NCBI GenBank assembly: GCA_003427395.1
Contig: BFEA01000036.1
Location: 1,020,755-1,084,754, forward strand
DNA: 64,000 bases
Reading direction: 5' to 3'
From: Chara braunii
Taxonomy: Eukaryota; Plantae; Charophyceae
Made by a program: the position numbers and the translations under genes. Numbering within the stretch: the stretch's first letter is position 1; each line of letters opens with the position of its first letter. The notes under the pieces are model-generated. The model was given only the letters and a program-made list of their open reading frames with translations. It did no database searches and had not been told where the DNA came from. Of this stretch, positions 28,401 to 37,775 are shown one piece after another.

Positions 28401-31400
28401 GACAGTACGTTGTATTCGGGGGAAGAAGGTAGCTATGCTGGTACACCTATCAACTGTTAAAATACAACCCTGCGTTCGAAGTCCAGCGATGGAATCAGAT
28501 AAATCAGTCTGAATTTACGTCCGCGGGGGCCCAGCTCAAAATGACGATACCTCAACGACGACGCCCTACTACTGAAAAAACGAAACGAGAAAAAAAAAGA
28601 AAAAAAGGACGAGTGATATAGACTCGCTAGCAAGGCCGAGGGAAAAACGCAACAACGGACAAACGAAAGAGAGAAACCAAGCGATCGGTGGCAGCCACGC
28701 AGGACGCCACAACGACTTTAACCGCGAAGTACGTACACACCGAGTTCCAATCCACTACGCACATCTACGCACATCCACATTGCCGCCTTCCTAGACTAAA
28801 CTCCCACAATATCCAACGACTAAGAACGGCGCACAAAGTTGGTATCACAAAACTGCTCGTATAGCCCAAACCGTTCCCCGCTAGCGATTTCCGTACGATT
28901 GAGGGCACATAGCAAAATCACCTAACGGGTATCGTTAACAAAACGAGCACACGGCCAAACTCGCCCGGTCATCTAACAAACAAAAAAAAAAAAACCAAAA
29001 AATCCTGCCCTTCGACGTTTTCCAGCATTCCAAGAACAGCTCCGGGGTTCGGTAATAAATCAAACACCCATCATTTTTCCAGCATTCCAAGAACAGCTCC
29101 GGGGGTCGGTAATAAATCAAACACCCATCATTAAACCGTTGAGCCCACCCCACACGCAAGTAACCGTCGGGCACACCCCTTTACAATTACGAGTGCAAAC
29201 CTCCAAATGCAAACAGTAAGTACAACACCTTCTGGCTGATAGTCTCCCACTAGTCCTCCCTCACAAGAAAAAGTCGTCGTCGTCTTCACAAGCACATCTA
29301 CTGTTACATCAATAATACGAATATCATCTTCCTGAACCCATTCCCCGAAATCCTACCGGGTACACGAGGCGATTCTCTTCCTACCGTCTTCCCCCGAACA
29401 CAGCGCACCCTTATTTTGGCATTATCTGGCCGGAAACATAGCTTGTATACATTCATTTTTAGGGTGCGTTATGTTATGTTCGGGGGAAGACGGTAGTTAC
29501 ACCCACTTCTACGACAAAAAAAGCATAATTGAAAAAAACAAGAAAGCAAAAAAAAATCATTTTGAGTCACGACAATGAGACTACTGTTATCGTCATCATA
29601 TCTTTCCACAAGATGCGGGTGGGAAAATTTTGCTACTCCGTAAATTAAATTATTATACAGACCAGCACGTCAAAGACCACGCACGTTGTAAAGAAAAGAA
29701 AACAAAAAAAAAAACCACGCACGGCATAACATCCGAAAATCCACTGACAACAGATTTAGAAATCCAATCCAGTTCTTTCATGCAGACGAAAAACTCACCG
29801 CCTTTAAAAAGATGGTAGGGAGAGTGAAAAATTCGAGAACAACGCAGCACCAAGACTTACCTTCACCCATTTTGCTGAGTATTTTGTCTGGAGCAGGAAG
29901 CGCCGACGTCAGCAAAGAGACCACAGACAAAACAGCAGTCGTCAGCAACCCATCACTCAGACTCTTCACCAACTCCATCACTTCGCCATGCCAAAACATC
30001 TGCTGCTGCCCTGCATACTTCTTTTATCCTATACCCCCCCCCTTTTTCCACGTTGCCCCAACGTTTACCGAGCATCGCTACGCTGTTCCGTAAAATGTTT
30101 TCGTCCTCCTTGATCGATCATATACTCCGTTAGAAAGGACTCAAGTCTCCAAATCTCCGCAGTACAAAAAACTGGCAAACAATTCAATCACCACAATAAT
30201 CGAAGAACTCTCCGACGAAAAACTGGGGAACGCATGAGAATCCCACCCACGAAAAGAGAATACACAACCGCGAAAATCGCTTAAACTCCCATCCACGAAG
30301 AACCACTACTTAAAAGTGACCAAACAACCGAAAAGCGAAAAGTCGCACGTCAGGGAAGAACGAGAAACATGGAGGAAAAAACACGTCACACGTTGTCGTA
30401 CAAAGTACTTACTGACACCAGCACGTCACACACATTCTCGTACGAAGTACTTACTGAAACCAGCACTAATCATATTTGAACACTTCCCCCTCAAAGAAAA
30501 AAGGCAAACTAAAAATCACTACCATTCAAAGCACCAGACATCCTTCATGATGTGGAGCGCGGCGCTTCAGCGACGTGAACTCACCCACTCGCATAACATA
30601 ATAATAACAGCATGTAGCAAGCGAGTTGATTCTTCATTCTTCGTTCTTCATTTCGAACACAAATAAAATAAAAAAAAACCTCATCCACCACAGAGTTGAT
30701 TCTTCATTCTTGGCCGTGCTTCATTTCGAACACAAAATAGGGAAACCCCTCCCGTCGGCAGATTCCTGGTCCTCTGACCAACCAGTGAGCATAATTCTCC
30801 CTTTTTAAAAAAAGGGACAATCGAATTCCCTTCATTTAAAAAAAATGGACAGTCGAATTCCCTTCATTCCAATTTGCTCACGTCAGGTGCGTTGCATTCT
30901 CATCAAACAATTTATTCATGTATACATCCAACGATACCCACTATTATATTAAAAAAAAATTTATTCGTTCCAAAAAAAAAAAATTCCCCCTCGGAGCTGC
31001 AACAAGCCAGAGCGATGCAATAACATGGATCTACTTGACCATAAGCTTTTCTTTTCACCAATCAAAAAACTTCACCATAACCATTCCATATTCCTCGTTA
31101 TTTTATTCCGAAAAAGACATTCTCGTTCCTTCGACAATTCCCCGCTTTTGCGTTCAGATATTCCATATTCTGCTTTTCATTTCATTGCGGGAAAGGACTC
31201 TTTCTCCGCTTCTCCGTTCACACATTTATTCCTATTTAGTTCAATTCCCCACTTTTGCGTTCAGATGTTCTCCTCGTTTCATTCCCGGAAAAATAATTTC
31301 TCCGATTTTCCATTCAAAATCTAGCTATATGCTGAAACCTCCGCCGAGTATCCAATAATGAATGCGTCGGTGCGGACAATCAGCAGGGAAGACCGTAAAA

Positions 31401-34400
31401 GACTCGACGACTGCACGCCAGATATTATCATTTATTTCATTCCGGGAAAGACTCTTTCTCCGATTTTCCGTTCAAATGCTACCATTTATTTCATTCGGGA
31501 AAGACTTTTAATCTTGACACAACTCCCCGCTTTTGCGTTCAGATATTCCAATTTATTTCATTCATGGAACGACTCTTTCTCCGCTTTTGCGTTCAGAGAT
31601 TCCTATTTAGTCTTTCATTCTCAAAACAACACTTTCTCCGCTTTTACGTTCAGACGTTCCTATTTATTTTATTCCGGAGAATACTACTTCTCATTCTTTA
31701 CGTAATTCCCCGTTTTTGCGTTCAGATCGCCCAAGATTCCAACTGAGCCCCTAGGAGAAAACCATTCCTCAACCGTTGTCTTTGCACACTCTGTGCAGCA
31801 CCTCCTTTTCCTTTTCTCACATATTTCCTCCGACAAGCAGGGAACGGCGAATCGTGTGAGGAAAACAACAAACTTAACCCATTAATCAACCCAAAGATAA
31901 GACAGCAGCAGCTTTCTTTTCGCGGTTTTCTGTGCACTATTCTTTAAGCCACGCCAGGCGTCTTCTACCGAATACAGACGAAAACCGATTTACCAAGCAC
32001 ACCGAAAATAAAACACCACAGTAATTCCCAGTTGTTCACAAACAGGTACGTTCGACAAGGTCACCACCATCACTTCATTTCTTTTCCACGGGTACAAAAA
32101 AGCCGCGACATAGTAAGCCACAGCCTCAATAACATTCCACACGCGCCCGAGCTCCCTTGCTTCGATATTCTCAAGCATGTCATTCTCACATCCGCTTCCC
32201 TCTTTTCCCACAGGGAAAGAACCCAATACTCTCCCCTGGGGAAGAACCCCCGCAGATTGTTTCTGGAAAGGAAAGGGGGGGGGGAGGAGGGAGGCGGGNG
32301 GGGGGAAAGGGGCGGAGCCGGCGGCTGCACTTGCGGGAAAGCCCCGACAGGACTGAAATCACTTATTGGCATCCCCGATCAGAGCATTTTTTTTTTCTCC
32401 GTTATTTCCACATTTCTCTCCCTCCCTGAAAACATTCCCCTGAAAACGAGGCCAATTCCAATAACTCGGTGCAAGGACCAGTAGAGCCTTTCACAAGATC
32501 TCTCCCCCTTGTTACTTTTTCAGCTAATGAAGCTATATCACTACAACCACCGTTCATAATCGCCACAACCCTTACCGGGACTAACATCATCATTGCGACC
32601 ACTGCACTATTGCCATCACCCTAACCTTCACCCACCCTGTTCATACCCACTATAACCATCACCCTAACCATCGCATCGCACACCCTGTTCAAACCCATAT
32701 CGTAGCAGCTGAAGTTTTGAGGCAGTGCAGCTTCATATCCTGGGGGCCCGCACGAAATCATTCCCCACTTGTTTCGCGTTGGCCTTCCTTATAGAAAGGA
32801 GAAATTCATTTGCGGTTTCCTTTTCCATATACTGCTCCTCAGACACAAACAGACTCGACGTCTTTACTTAATACCGTCTTCCCCCAACCGCAACGCCCGC
32901 AAATTATGGATGTATACATGCCATCTTTCCGGTCTGATACGATCATAATGAGGGTGCGTTGTTGTCGGTGGTCGAGGGTGGCGCCATCATCAATAAGTTT
33001 TAAGCCCCCAACCGATGCATGGCCCATCTCCATCGTCAAGCAGTAAGCCATCACGCTCCTTCCCACTCGACGGCACAGAACAGTTATCTTAAATAAATAA
33101 ATACAGTAATAAAATAAGAAATTCCTCTGTTAGTTCACGTAACACGACGTTCATACTGAAATCAATGTCCCATGGAAGAAGAAGAAGAAGAATACCACCA
33201 ACCGAAACCAAAAAAATAGCAGTCGAATATGGGCAGCCGATCATAAGCACAACCATTCCAAGATGACCAATCCACGATTCACAACCGCAAACTATTTCTC
33301 ATGCCAGCACGAACCAAATTGTACGGCTGCGTGTGAGTACACTATCATCAACACCATGGTGTTCTGGGATTTTTCTCAAAAGCAGATAATAAGAAGAAGA
33401 AAACAACAAGAACAGCGAACCGCAAGAAAAACGTTGCGCGTTCGGAAGTCTAGATGGGCGAGAATCAAATTGAGAAAGAGGTGAGGAAGAGGGGGAGGCA
33501 GCGGAAAGGATACGAAAAGCCTGCAAGTATAATAATAATTAGACAAGTAAACAGGACGAGCCAAGTTCGTGTTTAGAGTGTGTCATAATTGGAGAGCAAT
33601 TACCAGCAGCGAAGATAATTCTTACATCTAGGGGTGAGGTTCTCCGCAAGCTCGTAAACAAAATGGCCATCTTTGTCGTCTTCACGCCACGGCGCAGACG
33701 CGCCCCGAGCCCCATTCTGGTGATGGTGATTCTGTTGGTGATGATGATGATGATGAACTCCAGCAGCGATGGCGGTTGGTGGGGGTGCACCGGGTATACA
33801 ACCTCCCCTTGCCACGGGGGCATACTCGTCACGGCCACTATATCCTGGCTGTGCCTATACACACAGGCAGAGCCCGAGTTACGATTATCTTGGGACCCAC
33901 GAGATAGAACAGCGAAATAGAGCCAAAGAGACAGAGGAGAGAGACAGAAAGGTGCGCAGGGGATTAGGACAAACAGGAAAAGAGAGAAAGGGAGAGGGGT
34001 ATGGAGGAAAAAGGTGGACAGACCTTCAGAACGATACCACAGAGAGAGAGAGAGGGAGAAGGCATAGACAGTTTTTTTCCGCGACAGACTCGGGAAAGTA
34101 ACAAGTTGTCGCCTTAGAAGACATGGGCCACAATGTGACAACCATTAACATCACCAGCACCACCACCACCATCATCATTAATATCGTTATAACTAAAGAA
34201 TCAATAGAATCATCATAATGATGGGCATCATCATCCTCGTCATCCTCATCATTTTACCACAATTATCATTCTCATCCCCACCATAATCAGTGTCAGCAAG
34301 TGTTAAACACAAACCTCTTCAGCACACTGCCGCGTGTCATCCAGCCTAGCTCGCTTTTCCGGGCGACTCTCATAGCCTCCTCGATCCATCATCGCTGCAG

Positions 34401-34551
34401 GCGCCACGTCCTGCTGCTCTTGATTGGGATACAGCTGGAGATTCCACCCGTCTGCCGCGTCGCGACAAAGCAGGCGAAACGACGAAGCGCAAGACGCTCC
34501 AGTCAGGTCGACGCCCCCCGGCTTAGCGGTCAAACAACCATACCCGAGCAT
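13584..34551 (-). CDS. AFC: LAMMER-family dual-specificity SR-protein kinase (AFC/CLK), 11 coding exons seen, 3' exon missing
   Basis: Spliced reading: RPEKRARL...[11 protein letters not shown]...[13 protein letters not shown]...VAVK...HTDLKPEN...DFG...STRHYRAPE...DLWSVGC...[10 protein letters not shown]...WPEGA; all junctions GT-AG with matching phases; join 34551-34315, 33854-33626, 29887-29861, 23641-23488, 22707-22656, 20483-20369, 18846-18755, 17868-17724, 16974-16910, 16050-15953, 13689-13584. Confidence 0.96.
14717..15067. repeat. Purine-rich (GGA/GAG) low-complexity tract in intron 10
   Basis: Almost pure G/A on the + strand; gives spurious E/R/G-rich ORFs. Confidence 0.8.
15953..16050 (-). 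CDS. AFC: AFC kinase exon 10 (LAMMER motif)
   Basis: [32 protein letters not shown]. Confidence 0.96.
16083..16380. repeat. Tandem duplication, two units of about 175 bp each starting at a (CA)n run
   Basis: (CA)nGACAGCAGCTTAGTCACATCTACCTCCGAGCC...CAATGCCTGGC twice. Confidence 0.88.
16910..16974 (-). CDS. AFC: AFC kinase exon 9
   Basis: [21 protein letters not shown]. Confidence 0.95.
17724..17868 (-). CDS. AFC: AFC kinase exon 8 (activation segment)
   Basis: [32 protein letters not shown]. Confidence 0.96.
18755..18846 (-). CDS. AFC: AFC kinase exon 7 (catalytic loop)
   Basis: [23 protein letters not shown]. Confidence 0.96.
20369..20483 (-). CDS. AFC: AFC kinase exon 6
   Basis: [38 protein letters not shown]. 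Confidence 0.95.
22200..22500. repeat. Tandem duplication of about 150 bp x2 containing (CT)n(CA)n
   Basis: GTTTGGGTTCAACGATAACAGCAAGTC...CACTATCCTTTTGACACTT twice. Confidence 0.88.
22656..22707 (-). CDS. AFC: AFC kinase exon 5
   Basis: [17 protein letters not shown]; GCAG| acceptor and |GTACGT donor. Confidence 0.95.
23488..23641 (-). CDS. AFC: AFC kinase exon 4
   Basis: [39 protein letters not shown]. Confidence 0.95.
24340..24545. repeat. Tandem repeat, 80-bp unit x2 plus a partial third
   Basis: AGCATTTAGTGATTCAAAGTTCA...CTACGGACTAGAATGA at 24340, 24420 and about 24500. Confidence 0.9.
24822..25215. repeat. Near-tandem duplication, about 180 bp x2
   Basis: AAACGAACAAAACCGT.AAATTGAT...GTACCCCAAGATGATGAGGTGCCAAAC twice. 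Confidence 0.85.
25883..26255. repeat. Tandem duplication, about 190 bp x2
   Basis: ATTTGCTCTGTGCACGGAGACCATTCAAAATTGAA...AAACTTGG twice. Confidence 0.85.
26456..26566. mobile_element. MITE (about 110 bp), TIR TACCGTCTTCCCCCGAAC
   Basis: TACCGTCTTCC...GGAAGACGGTA; interior matches the reverse complement of the 29382 copy; TA at both ends. Confidence 0.8.
27555..27916. mobile_element. Foldback/MITE-like element with imperfect TIRs of about 100 bp
   Basis: TACTGT...AAAACTACGTC..ACATGACTCACAGACCGCGTTACAAGG is mirrored by CCTTGTAGCGCGGTCTGCGAGTCATGT..GACGTAGTTTT...ACAGTA. Confidence 0.7.
28320..28431. mobile_element. MITE, sister family (TIR TACCTTCTTCCCCCGAATACA)
   Basis: 27-nt terminal inverted repeat with one mismatch; different interior. 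Confidence 0.8.
29018..29132. repeat. 57-bp tandem duplication
   Basis: TCCAGCATTCCAAGAACAGCTCCGGGG.TCGGTAATAAATCAAACACCCATCATT at 29021 and 29078. Confidence 0.9.
29382..29495. mobile_element. MITE (about 114 bp), TIR TACCGTCTTCCCCCGAACA
   Basis: Perfect 19-nt terminal inverted repeat; TA termini. Confidence 0.85.
29861..29887 (-). CDS. AFC: AFC kinase exon 3 (27-nt microexon)
   Basis: CCAG|ACAAAATACTCAGCAAAATGGGTGAAG|GTAAGT = (Y)KILSKMGE(G). Confidence 0.92.
31100..31735. repeat. Degenerate T-rich tandem array in intron 2
   Basis: Recurring CCGCTTTTGCGTTCAGAT and TTTATTTCATTCCGGAAAGACTCTTTCTCCG motifs. Confidence 0.75.
32872..32972. mobile_element. Degenerate copy of the TACCGTCTTCCCCC MITE
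   Basis: Left TIR intact; ATGTATACA and AGGGTGCGTT interior motifs present; right TIR eroded. Confidence 0.55.
33626..33854 (-). CDS. AFC: AFC kinase exon 2
   Basis: TAG|AQPGY...[12 protein letters not shown]...[22 protein letters not shown]|GTAAG. Confidence 0.9.
34315..34551 (-). CDS. AFC: AFC kinase exon 1 (start ATG at 34551, or at 34392 MMDRGG)
   Basis: [19 protein letters not shown] resembles the plant AFC N-terminal basic motif; donor GAG|GTTTGT, phase 0. Confidence 0.75.
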
Positions 34552-35943
34552 CTGGATAGAACGCGAAAACAAACCCTACAACAAACTTCAGTGGTGGTCC
34601 CCACCACAACACCGCCCCGCCCCCCCCCCCTTCTCCCCCCTCTCGCGCTCTTCTCCTTCAGGCCTCCAACTCACTCACAGCCACAACTACTGCTGCCTTT
34701 CGATGACTAACGACTCCTCATACTCTCGCGCCCCTTGACCAAAGCAGCCCTCTCCCCAGCCAGCCTTCCCCTGTTGCAACACGTGTAATACTGTCTCGCC
34801 GTGAATAACGGGTGAACAGCAAAGCGAGCGCTGAGCAGGGGGGGAATCAACGAACCCGTTCCTTCTTCTTCGCGGAAGTTATGACACGCAGCCCACCAAC
34901 AACGTACGCAAAGATGGATGGATGACTGTAGCTACGCATTCAGACGATTCAATGCGAGCTGATTACTAGAAACCCGCCAACGCCCCCAAGACCTCGACCA
35001 AAGAGGACTGGGTACAAAGGCACGTAGCATCCTGATGGGCACAACAAGAGCAACCGAGAGAGAAACAGCGCAGGACAACGCCAAGGACTTCCTCTCACAC
35101 TGTGCTGAACGTACAGAATGTTTTTCACCTCCACCGCCTCCCTCCGCTGCGTCACTTGTCCGTTCGTTACGTCGCTTGCGAGTGACAACGTTCCACGAGA
35201 ACTCCAAGTAACCCACGTCTCTCTCGCCCACACTACGCAGGCAGGGGAGCACTTCCCACGGTCACAGATCACCCACAAGGGTGTACGCATCAATTGTTGA
35301 TCATAATGGTAAGAAAGAAAGAACAGCTTGGGCAGCCTCACGCATGCCACATCCTCTGCGGGCTACGAGAGCCGAAGCAGGCGGGACAGCGCGAGGGGCG
35401 CCACGCGGTCAGGCCAGGTCGAGCGCGGCCAGACAGAGAGTGGGCTGAGGCCCGACGTGAAACTGCGGGAGTGCCCCTACACAAGGGTGACACCGCGCAA
35501 AACTCGAGGTGGACCAAGTCGCTGGAGGAGTACCCGTCAAGGCCCACTTTCGGGTCCTGGGACTACCGTAAATTCGCAGCCAGGAGGCAGCGCTTATCCT
35601 GATTGCCTTTTTGTCATGTAGCGGGCTTTATGGGGAAACGCTGACGACCCTAACGGGCTATAAAGGGTGTCTACAGGTACAGGGAAAAGTTAGGGTTGCC
35701 AGGATGTGGTGGTTCGGCAGGTGGGTGGATGGATGGATGGATGACCAGTAGTGGTCGCAGAGTGCAGTTCTCGAACAGAGGTGGCGGGTTCCCCAACAGA
35801 GGTGGCAGGCAGTGCTCGGTGTTTCTGTTTGGCACGAGGGGTTGGTCAAGGAGGTAAGGGGAGCACCGAAGAAAGGGGTGCTGGTCAAGGAGGCAATCAT
35901 CTCTACACATCGACTGGATGGTCGAGGTGTTGAGCGCCCACAT

Positions 35944-36385
35944 TGTCGAGCGCATCGGTACCGCAGGGGCACCCTCCCGACCGCATCACGCAGGATTTGC
36001 GGCATGACTTTTATCCTTTCATCGCGGTGCAAATGGAGCTTCCGTCGCCACTCCGGTCGAGTGCGCCAGCCATACCTCTCGCGAACCCCTACAACAGGAT
36101 AGGGCCATGCGAGGTACAATTTGCCTCTGCCCAAGGGGTTGTCACCACCCTTGAACGGGCGTATCCCTGCCAAGATATATACCGAACCACGTGCGAAAGT
36201 TGATCTGTTGCAATCGCAACGGTGGCCCAGGTGAGGGCGTTTCTCGTACGCTGTAGCATAGGGGGTATGCGAGGTCCTACGCCTCTATCAGACTCGTACA
36301 CACACCGACGCATCGGGGGGCTGAAGTCCCGAGCGCGACTCGTCGTCGATCGACTAGGATGCCTCCTTACCACGCGTTACACCAC
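35944..36385 (+). repeat. Dispersed GC-rich structured repeat (family X), copy 1
   Basis: Collinear similarity with 63551-64000 and with the reverse complements of 50032-50150 and 61330-61610; core CATACCTCTCGCGA.CCCCTAC.ACAGGA.AGG. Confidence 0.8.
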
Positions 36386-37298
36386 GCCAAAAACATAGAA
36401 TCAAGTTACTCACACAAACAAAACACTCTTAGTCCCTTTAGTATCTAACCCATAATCTTTCAACACGGAAATCAGTTAGGCATCGTGCGTGAGACTTGTG
36501 ATAAAACTACTCAGATGCAGGACTTTCTCATATCGACTGATCATGCATGAATAAACAAGCAGTCCCAACGATGGAATACTATATAATACCCATAATCATG
36601 TGACCCTCAATTGTCTCGAGGGTCACGTTCGACACTCAAGTGTTGGCTGACATGCGCCTTCAGGGGTTAATATCTCGACGCTAGACAACCAAGGCGGTTG
36701 AAAACCACACCCTCTTCTGCACCCATCACAGAGTGGGTGGCACACATGTTCCTCCCTGTTGTGGCAGTCGAGTTTTATCACCCTGAAGACGAACTCCGAT
36801 ATCCAGGGTCTAGAGAGAAGTCAAGGGGTTTGACTTTGACAGTTGTCACAGACTCCAATGTCCAACTGTAATAATTATAAAAAGCAAAAGAAAAAAATGG
36901 GTTCCCCTTTTCTTTCAACTGCGAAAATAAACTCAACTCTCACACGCATTTGCAATAGGTCGCGTGAACACTTGAGATATAAACATATAGAGGGTTATAA
37001 ATACGAGATGATCACTTCTCACAATCACATTGTCACCTCCTTCAACCATATTAATGTGATTGCAAATAGTCAAATCCATAGTGTGAACCACAAACATACC
37101 TGCAATCACATTAAAGATTCAACAAAAAGTAAGAGTACTACACGGGGTCAACTTCAACTACTCTTTGTGCTCATACCTTACGCTTTAGCTACACAAACCG
37201 CAACCTTTGTCCAACCTTAAAAAATAAAATTGTCTACCACGTGGGCGCGGGGAACGCAGCCCTAAGGTAGTCAAATCAATGAGACTAAGAGCTAACAC

Positions 37299-37370
<72 letters not shown>

Positions 37371-37463
37371 TGCATTTATTGTTCTGAGTGTGAGAGAGAG
37401 AAAGAAATAGAGAGAGAGGGAGGGGGGGGGCTACCAGAGAAGGAGAGAAAAAAAAAAAAAAAA
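37299..37463. repeat. (GA)n microsatellite and poly(A) at the Penelope-like element junction
   Basis: Visible simple repeats. Confidence 0.9.
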
Positions 37464-37775
37464 AGATAAACACATGCAAATGTAGAAAGAACATGCGAGG
37501 TTTTACTTTCACAGCATACACGTAATATCCATGGTATCCGAGATCAGTCGCGATTGCCCTTCTACCTCACTGCTCAGGTAATCATTTCAGTCACTATCCT
37601 CATTATTTCTACCCTTCGTTCCCAGTCCTTCTCCGCCACTTTCCCTATCCTTGCAGTGTACTCATCATCTATCCTCAGGATCTCCCGCAGTCGCTCTCTG
37701 TGTTGTCCTTGTCGTCGTCGATTTCCAACATGCCTTCAATCTGGAGCTACTTTCATCATATCTTATGATTCTGTT
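37464..37775 (-). repeat. 3' pseudo-LTR of the PLE
   Basis: Near-identical to 41664-42022; overlaps the end of the RT reading frame. Confidence 0.85.

Noticed and set aside
30330-30358. GCGAAAAGTCGCACGT resembling group II intron domain V
   Set aside because: No 5' AGC/CGC triad strand to close the stem and no domain VI
36560-36590. GTCCCAACG plus TATATAA as a plant snRNA-type USE/TATA promoter
   Set aside because: Imperfect USE, spacing too short, and no recognisable snRNA or telomerase template downstream
35295-36850. Solo LTR bounded by TG...CA
   Set aside because: No matching target-site duplication, primer-binding site or second LTR found
37640-37690. CTGAGGA...GAAA on the minus strand of the pseudo-LTR as a hammerhead ribozyme
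   Set aside because: No convincing stem II or stem III/UH cleavage site
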